Below, one piece after another: positions 48,608-58,648 of a DNA stretch of 64,000 bases. How positions within the stretch are numbered: the first letter of the stretch is position 1; the number at the start of each line of letters is the position of its first letter. Under the pieces are notes generated by a model. The model saw only the letters and a program-made list of their open reading frames with translations. It did not search any database and had not been told where the DNA came from. A program made the translations under genes and the position numbers. Origin of the DNA: a virus. The DNA is taken from IMG/VR virus record IMGVR_UViG_3300042923_000502, positions 32,001 through 96,000 of that record; one strand, written 5' to 3'.

Positions 48608-48812
48608 TAGATAAAATGTGAATTTTATCTATGGAGGAACGAGGTGAGCATAATGACGACAACTAAGCGTCAAGTTATTTATGATGAATATGGAAACATA
48701 AAGTATACATCACGTGAGGTTGAAGTAAAATCGGCAAATCAAGTATTGTTTGAATTCTCCATTGGTCTTGCAATCGTTGCATGTGTCTTACTATTAGTAT
48801 AGGAGTGATAAT

Positions 48813-49013
48813 GTGTCAACAATTCCTGATAGAGCAATATGGTTTTTTGAATCGGAAATGAAAAGTCAATTTGTAGGATACTCAATCGAAAGAGTATCTG
48901 ATCATCTTGAATGTATCACAATCAAGTCTAAGACTTTATCAAGATATAAATCGTTTCTTGGCATAAAATATTTTAAAGAGTATATTATTTTCGAAAAAAA
49001 AGCTCAACTTTGA
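48813..49013 (+). CDS. Hypothetical protein
   Basis: RBS AGGAGTG. Confidence 0.55.
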   Translation: MSTIPDRAIWFFESEMKSQFVGYSIERVSDHLECITIKSKTLSRYKSFLGIKYFKEYIIFEKKAQL

Positions 49014-49136
49014 CTATGAATTTGTAGCGTATTATTTTGGACGCGAATTTCTCATTAAATGTGCCGTTAATGATGATACAAAAGAAGTTTACTGGAAAGT
49101 AAGAAGAATATTTAATGAAAATGGAGGAATTTATTA

Positions 49137-49742
49137 ATGGAATCTAATCGTAAATACAAAATCGGTGATAAGGTTATTCCATTTCAAAAGACAGTAGGTA
49201 TTTATGGAAATCTAAGTGATTCTATTGTATGGAAGACAGCAAAAGACAATGACCAGCAATTTCTTTATATAACAAGAATTGAAATCTTAGAAGAAAGAGA
49301 CGATGTTTATTTTTACGTTTTAGACTCAGAAAAAGATAGTAAAACAGGTGACTACTTTAATGAAGAAGATTTTGTGCCATTCTCAGAAAACAAGTCACAG
49401 TCATTAAAATATCATCTTGACAAAATAAAGGAACTTGGATACTTTGTTGTTAAAAGTGAATACGAAAACCATGTCAGTGTATTAATTACAAGTCCACTTG
49501 AATTTGACTTAGACTCAACAGAAAATGTCCCAAATTATGGAGATTTGATGGAATTGGATGAATTCATTGACATGTGTGATTGCGGAAGTCTCATTGATTA
49601 TGATGGTTGTGGAGACATTGTTTACAATAACAAAGTTATATACCATGGCATTTATCCTTCTGATGTGGAAGTATATCAAAAACAATTAGAAGATTTACAA
49701 AAAGAGCTTGGCAAAATACAGATTATGTGGTATAATAAGTAA
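49137..49742 (+). CDS. Hypothetical protein
   Basis: YKIGDKVIP..KTVG...QQFLYI; LIDYDGCG. Confidence 0.75.
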   Translation: MESNRKYKIGDKVIPFQKTVGIYGNLSDSIVWKTAKDNDQQFLYITRIEILEERDDVYFYVLDSEKDSKTGDYFNEEDFVPFSENKSQSLKYHLDKIKELGYFVVKSEYENHVSVLITSPLEFDLDSTENVPNYGDLMELDEFIDMCDCGSLIDYDGCGDIVYNNKVIYHGIYPSDVEVYQKQLEDLQKELGKIQIMWYNK

Positions 49743-49848
49743 TGTACAAAAGAGATATAAAATGTTGCACTTGGAGCGATAAGCTCCAAAATTTTTACCT
49801 ACCGGGTCTGAGCCAGTGATCAGTCGAAAAATAAATGATCATTAGCTC

Positions 49849-49877
49849 TTGACAAGTGACAGATAAAATGATATAAT
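49849..49877 (+). promoter_or_regulatory. Consensus sigmaA promoter of replication operon, overlapped by 17-bp box
   Basis: TTGACA-17-TATAAT with extended TG. Confidence 0.85.
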
Positions 49878-49950
49878 AAAGACCTAGCGTGAAAGAAGTT
49901 AGTAAGTGCTTCACAAATATAAGATAAAATTACATGGAGGTAATAACAAG

Positions 49951-51030
49951 ATGGCAAAAGAAAAAGAACAGAAGGAATTGGTACAAACTAAATCTAACTT
50001 TACATTCAAAGGTATTGTAGATGGATTAGACAAAGACAATGCTTGGAAAGAAGACACAATCGGCAAAGGTAAAAGCAAAGGCAAAGCTTATCGTGCTATT
50101 CGTTTCCAACTTCAAACAAGTCCAACAAACAAATTGTCCGTAGAGTTGTTTGGTATGGAACAAGATTATGTGTATCCTTATAGCAAAGCCGAAAAAAAAT
50201 CTAAGAAAACCGAATTCTCTAAGCGTAACAATCTTCCAAAAGGCTATCACATCATTGGTATTAACGTAGGTCTTGAACAAAATGAAGCGGGTAAGAATAT
50301 TCGCAAGAGCTTAGTAGATTATGATGCCGCAGAGTATATTTGGGATAACCTTGAGAATGGTGATAGTGTTACGGTAAGTGGTGAAGTTGCTTTCTCAACT
50401 TACGAAAATTCCGAAGGAACCGTAATTGATCAAACAAAGTTTATCATTAAAAACATTTATCGTGAAAAAGACCCTATCAACTTCAATGATGAAAAGTTCG
50501 AAGAAGTAATTGCTTTCGATCAAGAAATTGTGTTCGTTGAGTCCGAATTCGTCAAAGAAGAAGGCGCGGTATATGTTAGCGGATATACAATTCAATATGG
50601 TAACAAGTTTACACCAGCTAAATTCGTCATTCGTCCAGAAGGAAATAAGAGCATTGAAAAAACCGCAAATGCCTTTGTTAAGAAAATGAAAGGTGGAGAC
50701 TTTGTTAAGGTATATGGTGTAGCCTTGAATAAAGCCGAAACGGTTGAAGTTGATGCTTCCGAAGTTGAGGATGATGAAGAAGATATTTTTGGTGGCGTTA
50801 AGCCAAAAGGCTATGAAAAGAATGCAATTACAAGCTATACTCAAGAATTGCGTATCACAGGCGCAGATGGTTCCACTTACGTCAAAAGCTTGTATGATCT
50901 TGATACAGACTTCGTAATTGAGGAACTTGTGGAAGAAGAAGTTGACTTTGGAGACGATGATGACGACTCTATTGACTTTGGTGGAGATGGAAAAGTATTA
51001 GATATTAGTGACGATGATTTACCTTTTTGA
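49951..51030 (+). CDS. Single-stranded DNA-binding protein (SPbeta YorF-like)
   Basis: Beta-rich body, acidic tail ending DDDLPF. Confidence 0.75.
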   Translation: MAKEKEQKELVQTKSNFTFKGIVDGLDKDNAWKEDTIGKGKSKGKAYRAIRFQLQTSPTNKLSVELFGMEQDYVYPYSKAEKKSKKTEFSKRNNLPKGYHIIGINVGLEQNEAGKNIRKSLVDYDAAEYIWDNLENGDSVTVSGEVAFSTYENSEGTVIDQTKFIIKNIYREKDPINFNDEKFEEVIAFDQEIVFVESEFVKEEGAVYVSGYTIQYGNKFTPAKFVIRPEGNKSIEKTANAFVKKMKGGDFVKVYGVALNKAETVEVDASEVEDDEEDIFGGVKPKGYEKNAITSYTQELRITGADGSTYVKSLYDLDTDFVIEELVEEEVDFGDDDDDSIDFGGDGKVLDISDDDLPF

Positions 51031-51120
51031 TCAAATCGTAACAAATAGAAGATAAAATAAATAACATGGAGTGTTGGTAACACAACACTCCAAAACAAAA
51101 TAATAGGAGGAATTTTATAA

Positions 51121-52191
51121 ATGTCAAGACTAGGCAATGTAAAGATTAATGTCCCTCAAGTGAACCTCAAAGATTATGTGTGGCTGGTTCCTGGTATTCC
51201 AAAGGCAGGTAAAACATCTTGGTTTGCGCAAATTGTAGAACAATACTTTGGTGATGCAAACAAAGGTATGCTTCTTGGATTTGAAAAAGGTTATCAAGCT
51301 TTGCGTGTTCGTGCAACGGATGTTGAAGACTGGGATGACCTTGAAGAAATCGTTGAAGATTTGATTGACAACAAAAAAGAACTTGGCATTGAATTTATTG
51401 GGATTGATACCGCAGACGTAATGTATGATATGGCAGTCAACCAAGTAATTAAAGAGTGGAACGCTAAGAATCCTCAAAAACGCACTAAAGACATTGGTGG
51501 CGTTGGAGCTAAAGGCAAATCAGATTCCGGTTTTGGTGTTGGTTATGCTCATGTCAAGAAAAAGATTCGTGATGTAACGGATAAAATTCAAAAAGCAGGA
51601 TACGGTCTTGCTATCCTTACTCACTCTAAAGATAAAAAGATTGAGCAAAAGGATGGTCTTGAATATGATCAACTTACAATTTCTCTTGCAGCTACAGCAC
51701 GTGAAATTTTCGTTAATATGGCTGACTTCATTATGTTTATCACGGTTGAGAAAGAAAAAGTAGACGATGTTATCATGACAAAACGCTACATGTACTTCCG
51801 TTCCGATGGTTACGTTGAAGCAGGAAGCCGTTTTAAAAATGTTCCAGAGCGTATTGAATATAGCATCCAAGGATGTATTGACGTATTTAAGAATGCCGTT
51901 CAATCAGAATTTGATAGTGGTGTGAGTCTTGAACAAATCAAGCAAGAACAAGCTGCGCGTAAAGATAAGGCAGCAGAAGCTTATATTGAAGAACAAAAGG
52001 CGCTTGATACACCAGAAGGATTGATTGCTATTCTTGATACAAAAATTAAGGCTTTGTCTGACGAACAAAAGACCGAAGGTAAGATTAGTGAGAAGTTCAA
52101 GAAGGCGCTTGGCGGTTCTAACAATTACAAGAAAGTCGATGATGTTGAACTTTTGAAAAAATGTATTGACATTGTAGATAGCTTGGCTTAA
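51121..52191 (+). CDS. AAA_24/Sak4-like ATPase (YorG-like)
   Basis: GIPKAGKTS, FEKGY, IDTAD, GVGY, THSKDK, EAGSRF. Confidence 0.85.
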   Translation: MSRLGNVKINVPQVNLKDYVWLVPGIPKAGKTSWFAQIVEQYFGDANKGMLLGFEKGYQALRVRATDVEDWDDLEEIVEDLIDNKKELGIEFIGIDTADVMYDMAVNQVIKEWNAKNPQKRTKDIGGVGAKGKSDSGFGVGYAHVKKKIRDVTDKIQKAGYGLAILTHSKDKKIEQKDGLEYDQLTISLAATAREIFVNMADFIMFITVEKEKVDDVIMTKRYMYFRSDGYVEAGSRFKNVPERIEYSIQGCIDVFKNAVQSEFDSGVSLEQIKQEQAARKDKAAEAYIEEQKALDTPEGLIAILDTKIKALSDEQKTEGKISEKFKKALGGSNNYKKVDDVELLKKCIDIVDSLA

Positions 52192-52282
52192 AATGGTAAG
52201 AGTAGCTTCACACAAGTATAAGATAAAATAAAAGTCGGCTTTGTGTGAAGCTACAAATCCTATAGATATGAGAGGTAGCTAG

Positions 52283-53089
52283 ATGAATACTAAGAACGTA
52301 GTTATTGCAGGAATCATTGCTCTATCGGTAGTGTTGGGAGGTTGTACCCAAGCCGAAGCAAATGGGGGCAATAATGAAGTTGCTAAAGTTCCTACATTGA
52401 GTGCTGACGTACCGCTTAATGTAGAACTACCTTATTTGTACAGTCAAAAACCTTTTTCGTTTACAACGAAATCAACTTTGACAAAAGATGTGCAAAAAGA
52501 AGGAGTGCAAGATGCTCCTAAAGTAACTTCTGCTAAGGAAATATTTGACAATCTACCAAAACAACCAAAGGTAGTTGAAGTAGTTGTTAAAGAAGTGTCC
52601 AAGGCGAAGGAAGATGATTTTAAGTATTATAGTAACATTCCTCTTGACAAAGAATTGCAGAGGAAAATTTCTTCATTCGCAAAAAAGAAAGGGATTGAAG
52701 TAACTCTTGAATATGCTTTAATGGCACAAGAGAGTCATTTTGATCCAACATTGATAAGTCCTACACGTGATCATGGAATTGCTCAAATCAATAAGAGTAA
52801 TTTCAAGTGGATTACAAAGGACTTAAAAAATGAATATGGAATTAATTTTACATGGTCAAATCCATACGAAAATGCGGTTGCAAGCATTCATTATTTGGCA
52901 TTAATCAAGGAGTCGTGGAAAGGTAAGGTAAGCAACAAGAATTTAATTCCTACCGTTTTACTTTCATACAACATGGGTACTAGCAATGCAAATAAGTATT
53001 TAAAGAATCATAGTGCAACGGATTGGAAGTACGTTCAAAAGGTATTGAAGTATAAATCTATGATTGAAAGAGGGGAAAAGGTTGAGTAG
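52283..53089 (+). CDS. SLT-domain lytic transglycosylase, putative lipoprotein
   Basis: Signal peptide ending VLGGC; MAQESHF, GIAQIN, SYNMG, YVQKV. Confidence 0.8.
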   Translation: MNTKNVVIAGIIALSVVLGGCTQAEANGGNNEVAKVPTLSADVPLNVELPYLYSQKPFSFTTKSTLTKDVQKEGVQDAPKVTSAKEIFDNLPKQPKVVEVVVKEVSKAKEDDFKYYSNIPLDKELQRKISSFAKKKGIEVTLEYALMAQESHFDPTLISPTRDHGIAQINKSNFKWITKDLKNEYGINFTWSNPYENAVASIHYLALIKESWKGKVSNKNLIPTVLLSYNMGTSNANKYLKNHSATDWKYVQKVLKYKSMIERGEKVE

Positions 53090-53618
53090 AGTAGGAGAAA
53101 TAGTTACCATCAATAAAGAACTTTTCAATGATGTAATTAGTAGTTATTACGACAAAGAGAATGCAAAAGATCTGACACATGAATCAAAATTTGAAGTTAT
53201 TAAGTACAATCAAGATTGGATATATCCAATAAAGGCTTCTTCTGTGGATTATCCAAATATTATTGTTGACCTTAAAGAAATAGAGATAAACGAGTTGGTT
53301 AAAGCTAAAAATGACACCTACGAAGACAAAGGTAGAGAACTTGGTGCGCTTGTTGATACCAAACAAGCTGCATATGGTAATGCTATTGCTCAAACTTATG
53401 AAGTTGTTAAGGCATTCATGACTCCTTACTTTGACGAAAAAACTAAGACTTATACTATTCCTCAAAGCTTGCTTCAACATCTATTGTTGCAAGTACGAAT
53501 TATAGATAAACAAAATCGCATCTTCAATAATCCAAATGGAGATTTGATGTCTGAGAGTCCTTACGGTGATCTCGGTGGATACGGCTTACTTGGTGCGAAC
53601 ATGGTTATTGACAAATAA
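53064..53618 (+). CDS. DUF1599-like nucleotide-modification-associated protein
   Basis: LVDTKQAAYG...IDKQNRI...DLGGYGLL. Confidence 0.6.
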   Translation: MKEGKRLSRVGEIVTINKELFNDVISSYYDKENAKDLTHESKFEVIKYNQDWIYPIKASSVDYPNIIVDLKEIEINELVKAKNDTYEDKGRELGALVDTKQAAYGNAIAQTYEVVKAFMTPYFDEKTKTYTIPQSLLQHLLLQVRIIDKQNRIFNNPNGDLMSESPYGDLGGYGLLGANMVIDK

Positions 53619-53641
53619 AAGATAAAATGAAATTACATTTG

Positions 53642-53678
53642 ATGCCTACTATTAATATTGATAGTAGGCATTATTTTT
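53642..53678 (+). terminator. Rho-independent terminator
   Basis: ATGCCTACTATTAA/TTGATAGTAGGCAT followed by TATTTTT. Confidence 0.7.
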
Positions 53679-53682
53679 ATCC

Positions 53683-53711
53683 TTGACAAATGTAAGATAA
53701 AATGATATACT
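53683..53711 (+). promoter_or_regulatory. sigmaA promoter overlapped by 17-bp box
   Basis: TTGACA-17-TATACT. Confidence 0.8.
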
Positions 53712-53753
53712 ATCTACATTAAGAGCCGGATCAAATGAACAGGGAGGTAAACA

Positions 53754-54068
53754 ATGGATAAACCATCTTTTATAGTAGGAGAGCCATATCTTAATTATTT
53801 TGACGTTATTAAGTACTTGCAAGAAAAGTACAAAATAACGGACAAACAAAAAAGAGAGTTTTGGGATTGGGTCTTAGATGATTCAATGAATGATGTTCAC
53901 AATGGTAGTTTCATCTATCTATCTATTAATCCTGAAACATTTTACAAAAGATTTTACATTAGAGACATTGAAGACTTCAACGATACTTATCCCAATGTCA
54001 TTGAGATAATTACATTGTTGTGGAATGAGTACCAAAAAGAAGATTTGAAATTCTATGTATCTTGGTAG
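53754..54068 (+). CDS. Hypothetical protein
   Basis: RBS GGGAGG. Confidence 0.75.
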   Translation: MDKPSFIVGEPYLNYFDVIKYLQEKYKITDKQKREFWDWVLDDSMNDVHNGSFIYLSINPETFYKRFYIRDIEDFNDTYPNVIEIITLLWNEYQKEDLKFYVSW

Positions 54069-54107
54069 CATTGACAAATGTAAGATAAAATAAAAGGAGA
54101 CGATAAA

Positions 54108-54458
54108 ATGTTGAACACTAAATTTTTTATTGGATCAAAAGTTAAACAACCTAAGAATGTTTATCTTCTTGACATCAAACTAATGCATGGAGATGCAGAC
54201 GCTTATACTCATTTGGAACTTGAATTTATAGAAAAAGAAAAACATGAGTTGATTGCTATTCTTGATATTTTAAGTCAATTGGGAGGACATCAAAACTATC
54301 GCAAGTATCATAATGTTCAAGGATTTGATGAACTTCTCTATTATGATTGGGATTTAGACAGCACATGTGATGGCATGTACCTTGCATCATATGATGGATA
54401 CAAATTGTATTACTTCAATGAAGATGGAGAGAAGTTTAACGTCAAAGTAATTAACTAA
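54108..54458 (+). CDS. Hypothetical protein, paralog of next gene
   Basis: LMHGDADAY...GFDELL...YLASYDGY. Confidence 0.8.
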   Translation: MLNTKFFIGSKVKQPKNVYLLDIKLMHGDADAYTHLELEFIEKEKHELIAILDILSQLGGHQNYRKYHNVQGFDELLYYDWDLDSTCDGMYLASYDGYKLYYFNEDGEKFNVKVIN

Positions 54459-54475
54459 AAAGGGAGACGATAATT

Positions 54476-54865
54476 ATGCGCGGACAAAGATTGGTTGATG
54501 GGAATAGGATTGAAGAGTTAAAAGGTGTATATGAACTTGAAATTGAATTAATGCATGGTGATGCAGATGGATACTCCACAATAAAACTTTTGTTTAGTGA
54601 TGGCGGATATATTCCAAGCGAAAAGAAAAACGCTGTTGATGAAAGAGGAATGTTGCTTTCAACAATTTACGTTTTAGACCAATTGAGAGAATTAGATGTT
54701 GATGATTATCGTTCAATAGATGGGTTTGATGAATTACTAGGGAAGACATGGAAAAGAGATCATACTTATGACGATTATCTTGCATCTTTTGATGGCTATA
54801 CAATTAAACATTACCCTTCTTGGGATGGAGTTTACGAAGTTGAAATTGAACACTATGGATGGTAA
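54476..54865 (+). CDS. Hypothetical protein, paralog of previous gene
   Basis: LMHGDADGY...GFDELL...YLASFDGY. Confidence 0.8.
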   Translation: MRGQRLVDGNRIEELKGVYELEIELMHGDADGYSTIKLLFSDGGYIPSEKKNAVDERGMLLSTIYVLDQLRELDVDDYRSIDGFDELLGKTWKRDHTYDDYLASFDGYTIKHYPSWDGVYEVEIEHYGW

Positions 54866-54868
54866 GGA

Positions 54869-55105
54869 GTGAACAACATGTTAGAAAAATGGCATCATGG
54901 AGGTGGTCATCATGGTAGGACACATGATGCAACCAAATTAGCACCTATAATGCTTAAACGTCCTAAGTCAAAAACACGCAAGTATGTTCCACCTCAACAT
55001 GGTTATATTGGTTTGTTTTTTGGTGATACCGCTAAGAAGTTAGCAAAGCAAAGACACAAGAAAAAGTCAAGAAGCTACAATAAAAAAATGTGCGAACAAT
55101 ACTAG
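54869..55105 (+). CDS. Basic hypothetical protein
   Basis: RBS AAGGAG. Confidence 0.6.
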   Translation: MNNMLEKWHHGGGHHGRTHDATKLAPIMLKRPKSKTRKYVPPQHGYIGLFFGDTAKKLAKQRHKKKSRSYNKKMCEQY

Positions 55106-55115
55106 GAGGATTTTA

Positions 55116-55526
55116 ATGACAACAACAAACGAAAAATTTTATCTTGTAAAGTACGAAGACAATTGGGCAGATGAATTTGACATTTATGGATTTGAAATTT
55201 TTAATCAACGTCAATTCGATTTTTTGAATGTAGTCATTAACGACATTAGAAAAGTAGGAGACTTTGAATATTACTTTGGAACAAATGAATATATCGACTA
55301 CACTTCCGTACAAGGTGTTCGTAATGCATTAGAATTCAAAGAAATAAGCAAAGAAGAGTTTGAAACATTAAAGAAGCTTGGTTTAGGAGTTTATGGTGAA
55401 GATTTTGCGAGTTCTCTTGTTGAGCGCTATGTAGACCATTTAGAAGAAGAAGAATTTGAAGCTATTCAAAAAGAATGGGATTACTTCCTTGATGAATGGT
55501 CTAAAGCAAAGTGGAATAGAGAATAG
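55116..55526 (+). CDS. Hypothetical protein
   Basis: DNWADEFD...YFGTNE; RBS AGGAGG. Confidence 0.75.
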   Translation: MTTTNEKFYLVKYEDNWADEFDIYGFEIFNQRQFDFLNVVINDIRKVGDFEYYFGTNEYIDYTSVQGVRNALEFKEISKEEFETLKKLGLGVYGEDFASSLVERYVDHLEEEEFEAIQKEWDYFLDEWSKAKWNRE

Positions 55527-55540
55527 GAGCGTGGAAGGAA

Positions 55541-57010
55541 ATGACAACGACAATTAACAACGTTGGAGTTTCCTTCCTCAAAGAAGGAACATATAATTGG
55601 GAAGAAACAACAATTTGTGTTTGCTCATGCGGAAGAAGCTTCTACGGAAAGAAACATAACAATACGTGCGAATGTGGTAACGCTTATTTTAAATTGATAC
55701 CTAGACCATCTAAGAGCATTAAGACGAATGTTGGTGGTACCTTTGAATGCATTGAAAGCAACAATAATTCGTTTGTGATTAAAAAGAAAGAACTTATTGC
55801 TCACTTTACCGTTGGAGAAAAGACCACGTGGAGACATGAGCCAAAGGATTACTCAGTAAAGTTTGTTGAAGGTAAAGAGTATACTTTACATTATTCTTTA
55901 AGAAATAAGTTATATGAAGTCTATCATAACAATGAGAAGTTTGAAGATGAAAAGGATTTATTCTTTAGAGGAAATGTATTGTGCAATGAGTTCCTTAATT
56001 GTCTTGGTGACAATGAGCAACTCAAAACCATGTTAAAGTTTGCTTATAGCAAGTTTGGTCAAACACAATATTCAAACAAGATCAAGTGGTCAAAAGCATT
56101 AAAGAAATTGTTTGACTATCCCTACATTGAACTTTTGAGTAATTGTGGTTTAGGTAAACATCTTAACTACATCTATGGCGAACTTCGTTATGGTAATCAA
56201 AGAATAGATATAAAAAAGTCTAAGCCACATGAAATATTCGGCGTTCCAAAGTACATGATGGCATATATCAAAGAAATGGAAACAGTGGACTACAACATCA
56301 TTAGAGCGTTCAAGATATTTGACAAAGCTTTTGATGGCAATAGATTCAAAATGATTATGCAAATTTACAAAGAGGAAAGTAATCTTAACAACTTATGTTA
56401 CAATAGTGGATTAATCACAGAACTCTTTGAGAAGTACGGATACAAAGATGTGAAAAAGTTGGCTCTTTACGTAACAAGAGAAGTTAAATTACAACAAGGC
56501 ATTATGGATTCTCACAATGCTCTAACGTATTTAAGAGACTATGCCAAGATGTGCAAAGATATGGATATAACATGGGAGAAATTCCCTAAGTCTCTTAAAA
56601 AAGAACATGATATAACTTCTATGAATTATAAAGCTATTGAAAGCGAATTGAAAAATAAAGCTTTCAAGAATTCGGTAGAACGTTATAGTGAACTTGCTTA
56701 TACAACCAAGAAAGATAAGTATGAAATTATTGTTCCACAAATACCTTCCGATTTAGTAAAAGAAGGTAGCGCTCTCAATCATTGTATTGCATCCTATGTA
56801 GACAATGTAATCTCAGGAGCTTGTAAAATCTTGTTCATGAGAAATAAAGAAGATATCACAAAGCCATTTGTTTCAATTGAGATAAGAGACGGATTTGTTC
56901 GTCAAGCGAGAGGACAATCCAACAAAAGCATTGAAAGAATTGGTGGAGAAGCTTTTGAATTCTTTAATAAGTGGATAGAAAAAATGGAATTGACATTCCA
57001 AGTTCATTAA
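55541..57010 (+). CDS. PcfJ domain protein
   Basis: YLRDY.KM...PKSLKKEHD...EGSALNHCIASY...SIEI...QARGQSN. Confidence 0.85.
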   Translation: MTTTINNVGVSFLKEGTYNWEETTICVCSCGRSFYGKKHNNTCECGNAYFKLIPRPSKSIKTNVGGTFECIESNNNSFVIKKKELIAHFTVGEKTTWRHEPKDYSVKFVEGKEYTLHYSLRNKLYEVYHNNEKFEDEKDLFFRGNVLCNEFLNCLGDNEQLKTMLKFAYSKFGQTQYSNKIKWSKALKKLFDYPYIELLSNCGLGKHLNYIYGELRYGNQRIDIKKSKPHEIFGVPKYMMAYIKEMETVDYNIIRAFKIFDKAFDGNRFKMIMQIYKEESNLNNLCYNSGLITELFEKYGYKDVKKLALYVTREVKLQQGIMDSHNALTYLRDYAKMCKDMDITWEKFPKSLKKEHDITSMNYKAIESELKNKAFKNSVERYSELAYTTKKDKYEIIVPQIPSDLVKEGSALNHCIASYVDNVISGACKILFMRNKEDITKPFVSIEIRDGFVRQARGQSNKSIERIGGEAFEFFNKWIEKMELTFQVH

Positions 57011-57042
57011 CAAATGCAAGATAAAATGAAAGGCGGTTAATA

Positions 57043-58161
57043 ATGACATCATGGAACTTCACCAATGACACGGATAAAAAGTCGATAACAGGATATGAAG
57101 ATGTTTTAGACCAATTGAAGTCTTACACCAAAGAAGAATACACAAATGAAAATACCACAAGTGAAAGAAAAAATGAAATGATTGAAGATGTTTTTGCCAT
57201 TTATCGTGGCAAGAACATCTTTCCTATCACCTACTACAATGAGGAAGGTATTAGAGATGAAATTAAAAAATGCGTTGAAAAGGATGTGTCGTTTGATGGC
57301 AAAACTCTTGATCTTAAATTCAATCAAGGTCAAAGCCTTTGTCGCTATCTATTCCCCAATCTTTCTGTAGTAGATGCTAAAATTGACAACAATAGCATGT
57401 ATGCTAGATTTTATGATGATCACAAGCTTAAACGTGCCATTGACTTTGCTCTAAGATTCAAGAAGTCCGTAACACCATCGGAGATTCGCACAAGTCTTGA
57501 GATGATTGGTGGGAATGTAGCTACTAACTTTAAAACAATGAATGCTAAGGCATTGTATGAGAAGTATACACCTAAAAACGGAACAATATACGACTTCTCA
57601 GCAGGATTTGGAGGACGTATGCTTGCGGCATTGACATCTAAGAATAACTATAGATACCTTGGAGTTGAGCCATGCGTAGAAACTTACAATAATTTGCTTC
57701 AACTAGGAGAACACATTGATAATACAATTGAAGCAAGATTGCGTTGGGCTATTTATTGTCAAGGAAGTGAAGATTATTGTCATAAAGCTGGAAACTTTGT
57801 AGACTTTGCATTTAGTAGTCCACCATACTTTAACCTTGAGAAGTATTCCGATGAAGAAACACAATGTTATAATAAGTTCCCTACACTTGACGAATGGTAT
57901 AACGGATACGTCCGTGAAACCATTAAGAATATTTATTTCATGCTCAAACCAAATGCGCATTATGCGGTTAATATTGCGGACTTCAACATTGGCAAAGACA
58001 AAGTTGAATTTGTTGACAAGTGGATTCAAATTTCAATTGAAGAAGGATTTGAACCATGTGAAAAGATTGACATGAAGCTCCAAAAGCGTGTTGGAAATGG
58101 GCATGAGAACGTGAAGAAAGAAGGTATCTTTGTTTTTAAGAAGATTGCAAAGGAGTCTTGA
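57043..58161 (+). CDS. Amino (N4-C/N6-A) DNA methyltransferase
   Basis: YDFSAGFGGR (SAM motif I) followed by SSPPYF (motif IV). Confidence 0.85.
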   Translation: MTSWNFTNDTDKKSITGYEDVLDQLKSYTKEEYTNENTTSERKNEMIEDVFAIYRGKNIFPITYYNEEGIRDEIKKCVEKDVSFDGKTLDLKFNQGQSLCRYLFPNLSVVDAKIDNNSMYARFYDDHKLKRAIDFALRFKKSVTPSEIRTSLEMIGGNVATNFKTMNAKALYEKYTPKNGTIYDFSAGFGGRMLAALTSKNNYRYLGVEPCVETYNNLLQLGEHIDNTIEARLRWAIYCQGSEDYCHKAGNFVDFAFSSPPYFNLEKYSDEETQCYNKFPTLDEWYNGYVRETIKNIYFMLKPNAHYAVNIADFNIGKDKVEFVDKWIQISIEEGFEPCEKIDMKLQKRVGNGHENVKKEGIFVFKKIAKES

Positions 58162-58162
58162 T

Positions 58163-58411
58163 ATGCTTGAGTATAGAGTATATGTAAAGGTTTCCGATAG
58201 TTGTGATCCAAAGTTTAAAGATGATTTAGAGAAGCTATTTGAAGAAAAGGGTGGAAGACCTTATATTTTCGGAGTTGCAAATGTTAGTCCTTCAACATTA
58301 GAAAAAGCAACAATGAAGTATAAGGTTAGATATCCTAATCTTGAATATGGATTCCTGAATTTCAATAACTTCAATAAGTTTTTTGAGTTTACGAAAGAAG
58401 AGAATCCTTGA
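58163..58411 (+). CDS. Hypothetical protein
   Basis: RBS AAGGAG. Confidence 0.65.
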   Translation: MLEYRVYVKVSDSCDPKFKDDLEKLFEEKGGRPYIFGVANVSPSTLEKATMKYKVRYPNLEYGFLNFNNFNKFFEFTKEENP

Positions 58412-58456
58412 CATTCAATCTCACTTATGATATCATCTCTCTAGGAGGTGTGTTCA

Positions 58457-58648
58457 ATGGACAAAGAGACATTGAGAAGTGTAGCGGAATACAATAGAGA
58501 ATTGTACCGCGCAGGACAAATCACACGCGAAGAAGCTAAGGAAAAGATTATGCCATATATTGACTATTGCAATGAAAAGGCGAAAGAGTTGGCTAAGAAG
58601 TTTAATCAAAAACCTAGAAAGATGGATTTCATATCATATGTGAGATAA
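58457..58648 (+). CDS. Hypothetical protein
   Basis: RBS AGGAGGTG; promoter TTGACA-17-TATCAT at 58408. Confidence 0.75.
   Translation: MDKETLRSVAEYNRELYRAGQITREEAKEKIMPYIDYCNEKAKELAKKFNQKPRKMDFISYVR

Larger units (their letters stand above)
20826..48632. repeat. Palindromic sites TAGATAAAA-N6-TTTTATCTA
   Basis: 20826-20849, 21191-21214, 27249-27272, 47933-47966 (14-bp arms), 48607-48632; core ATAAAA-N6-TTTTAT also at 28462-28479. Confidence 0.8.
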
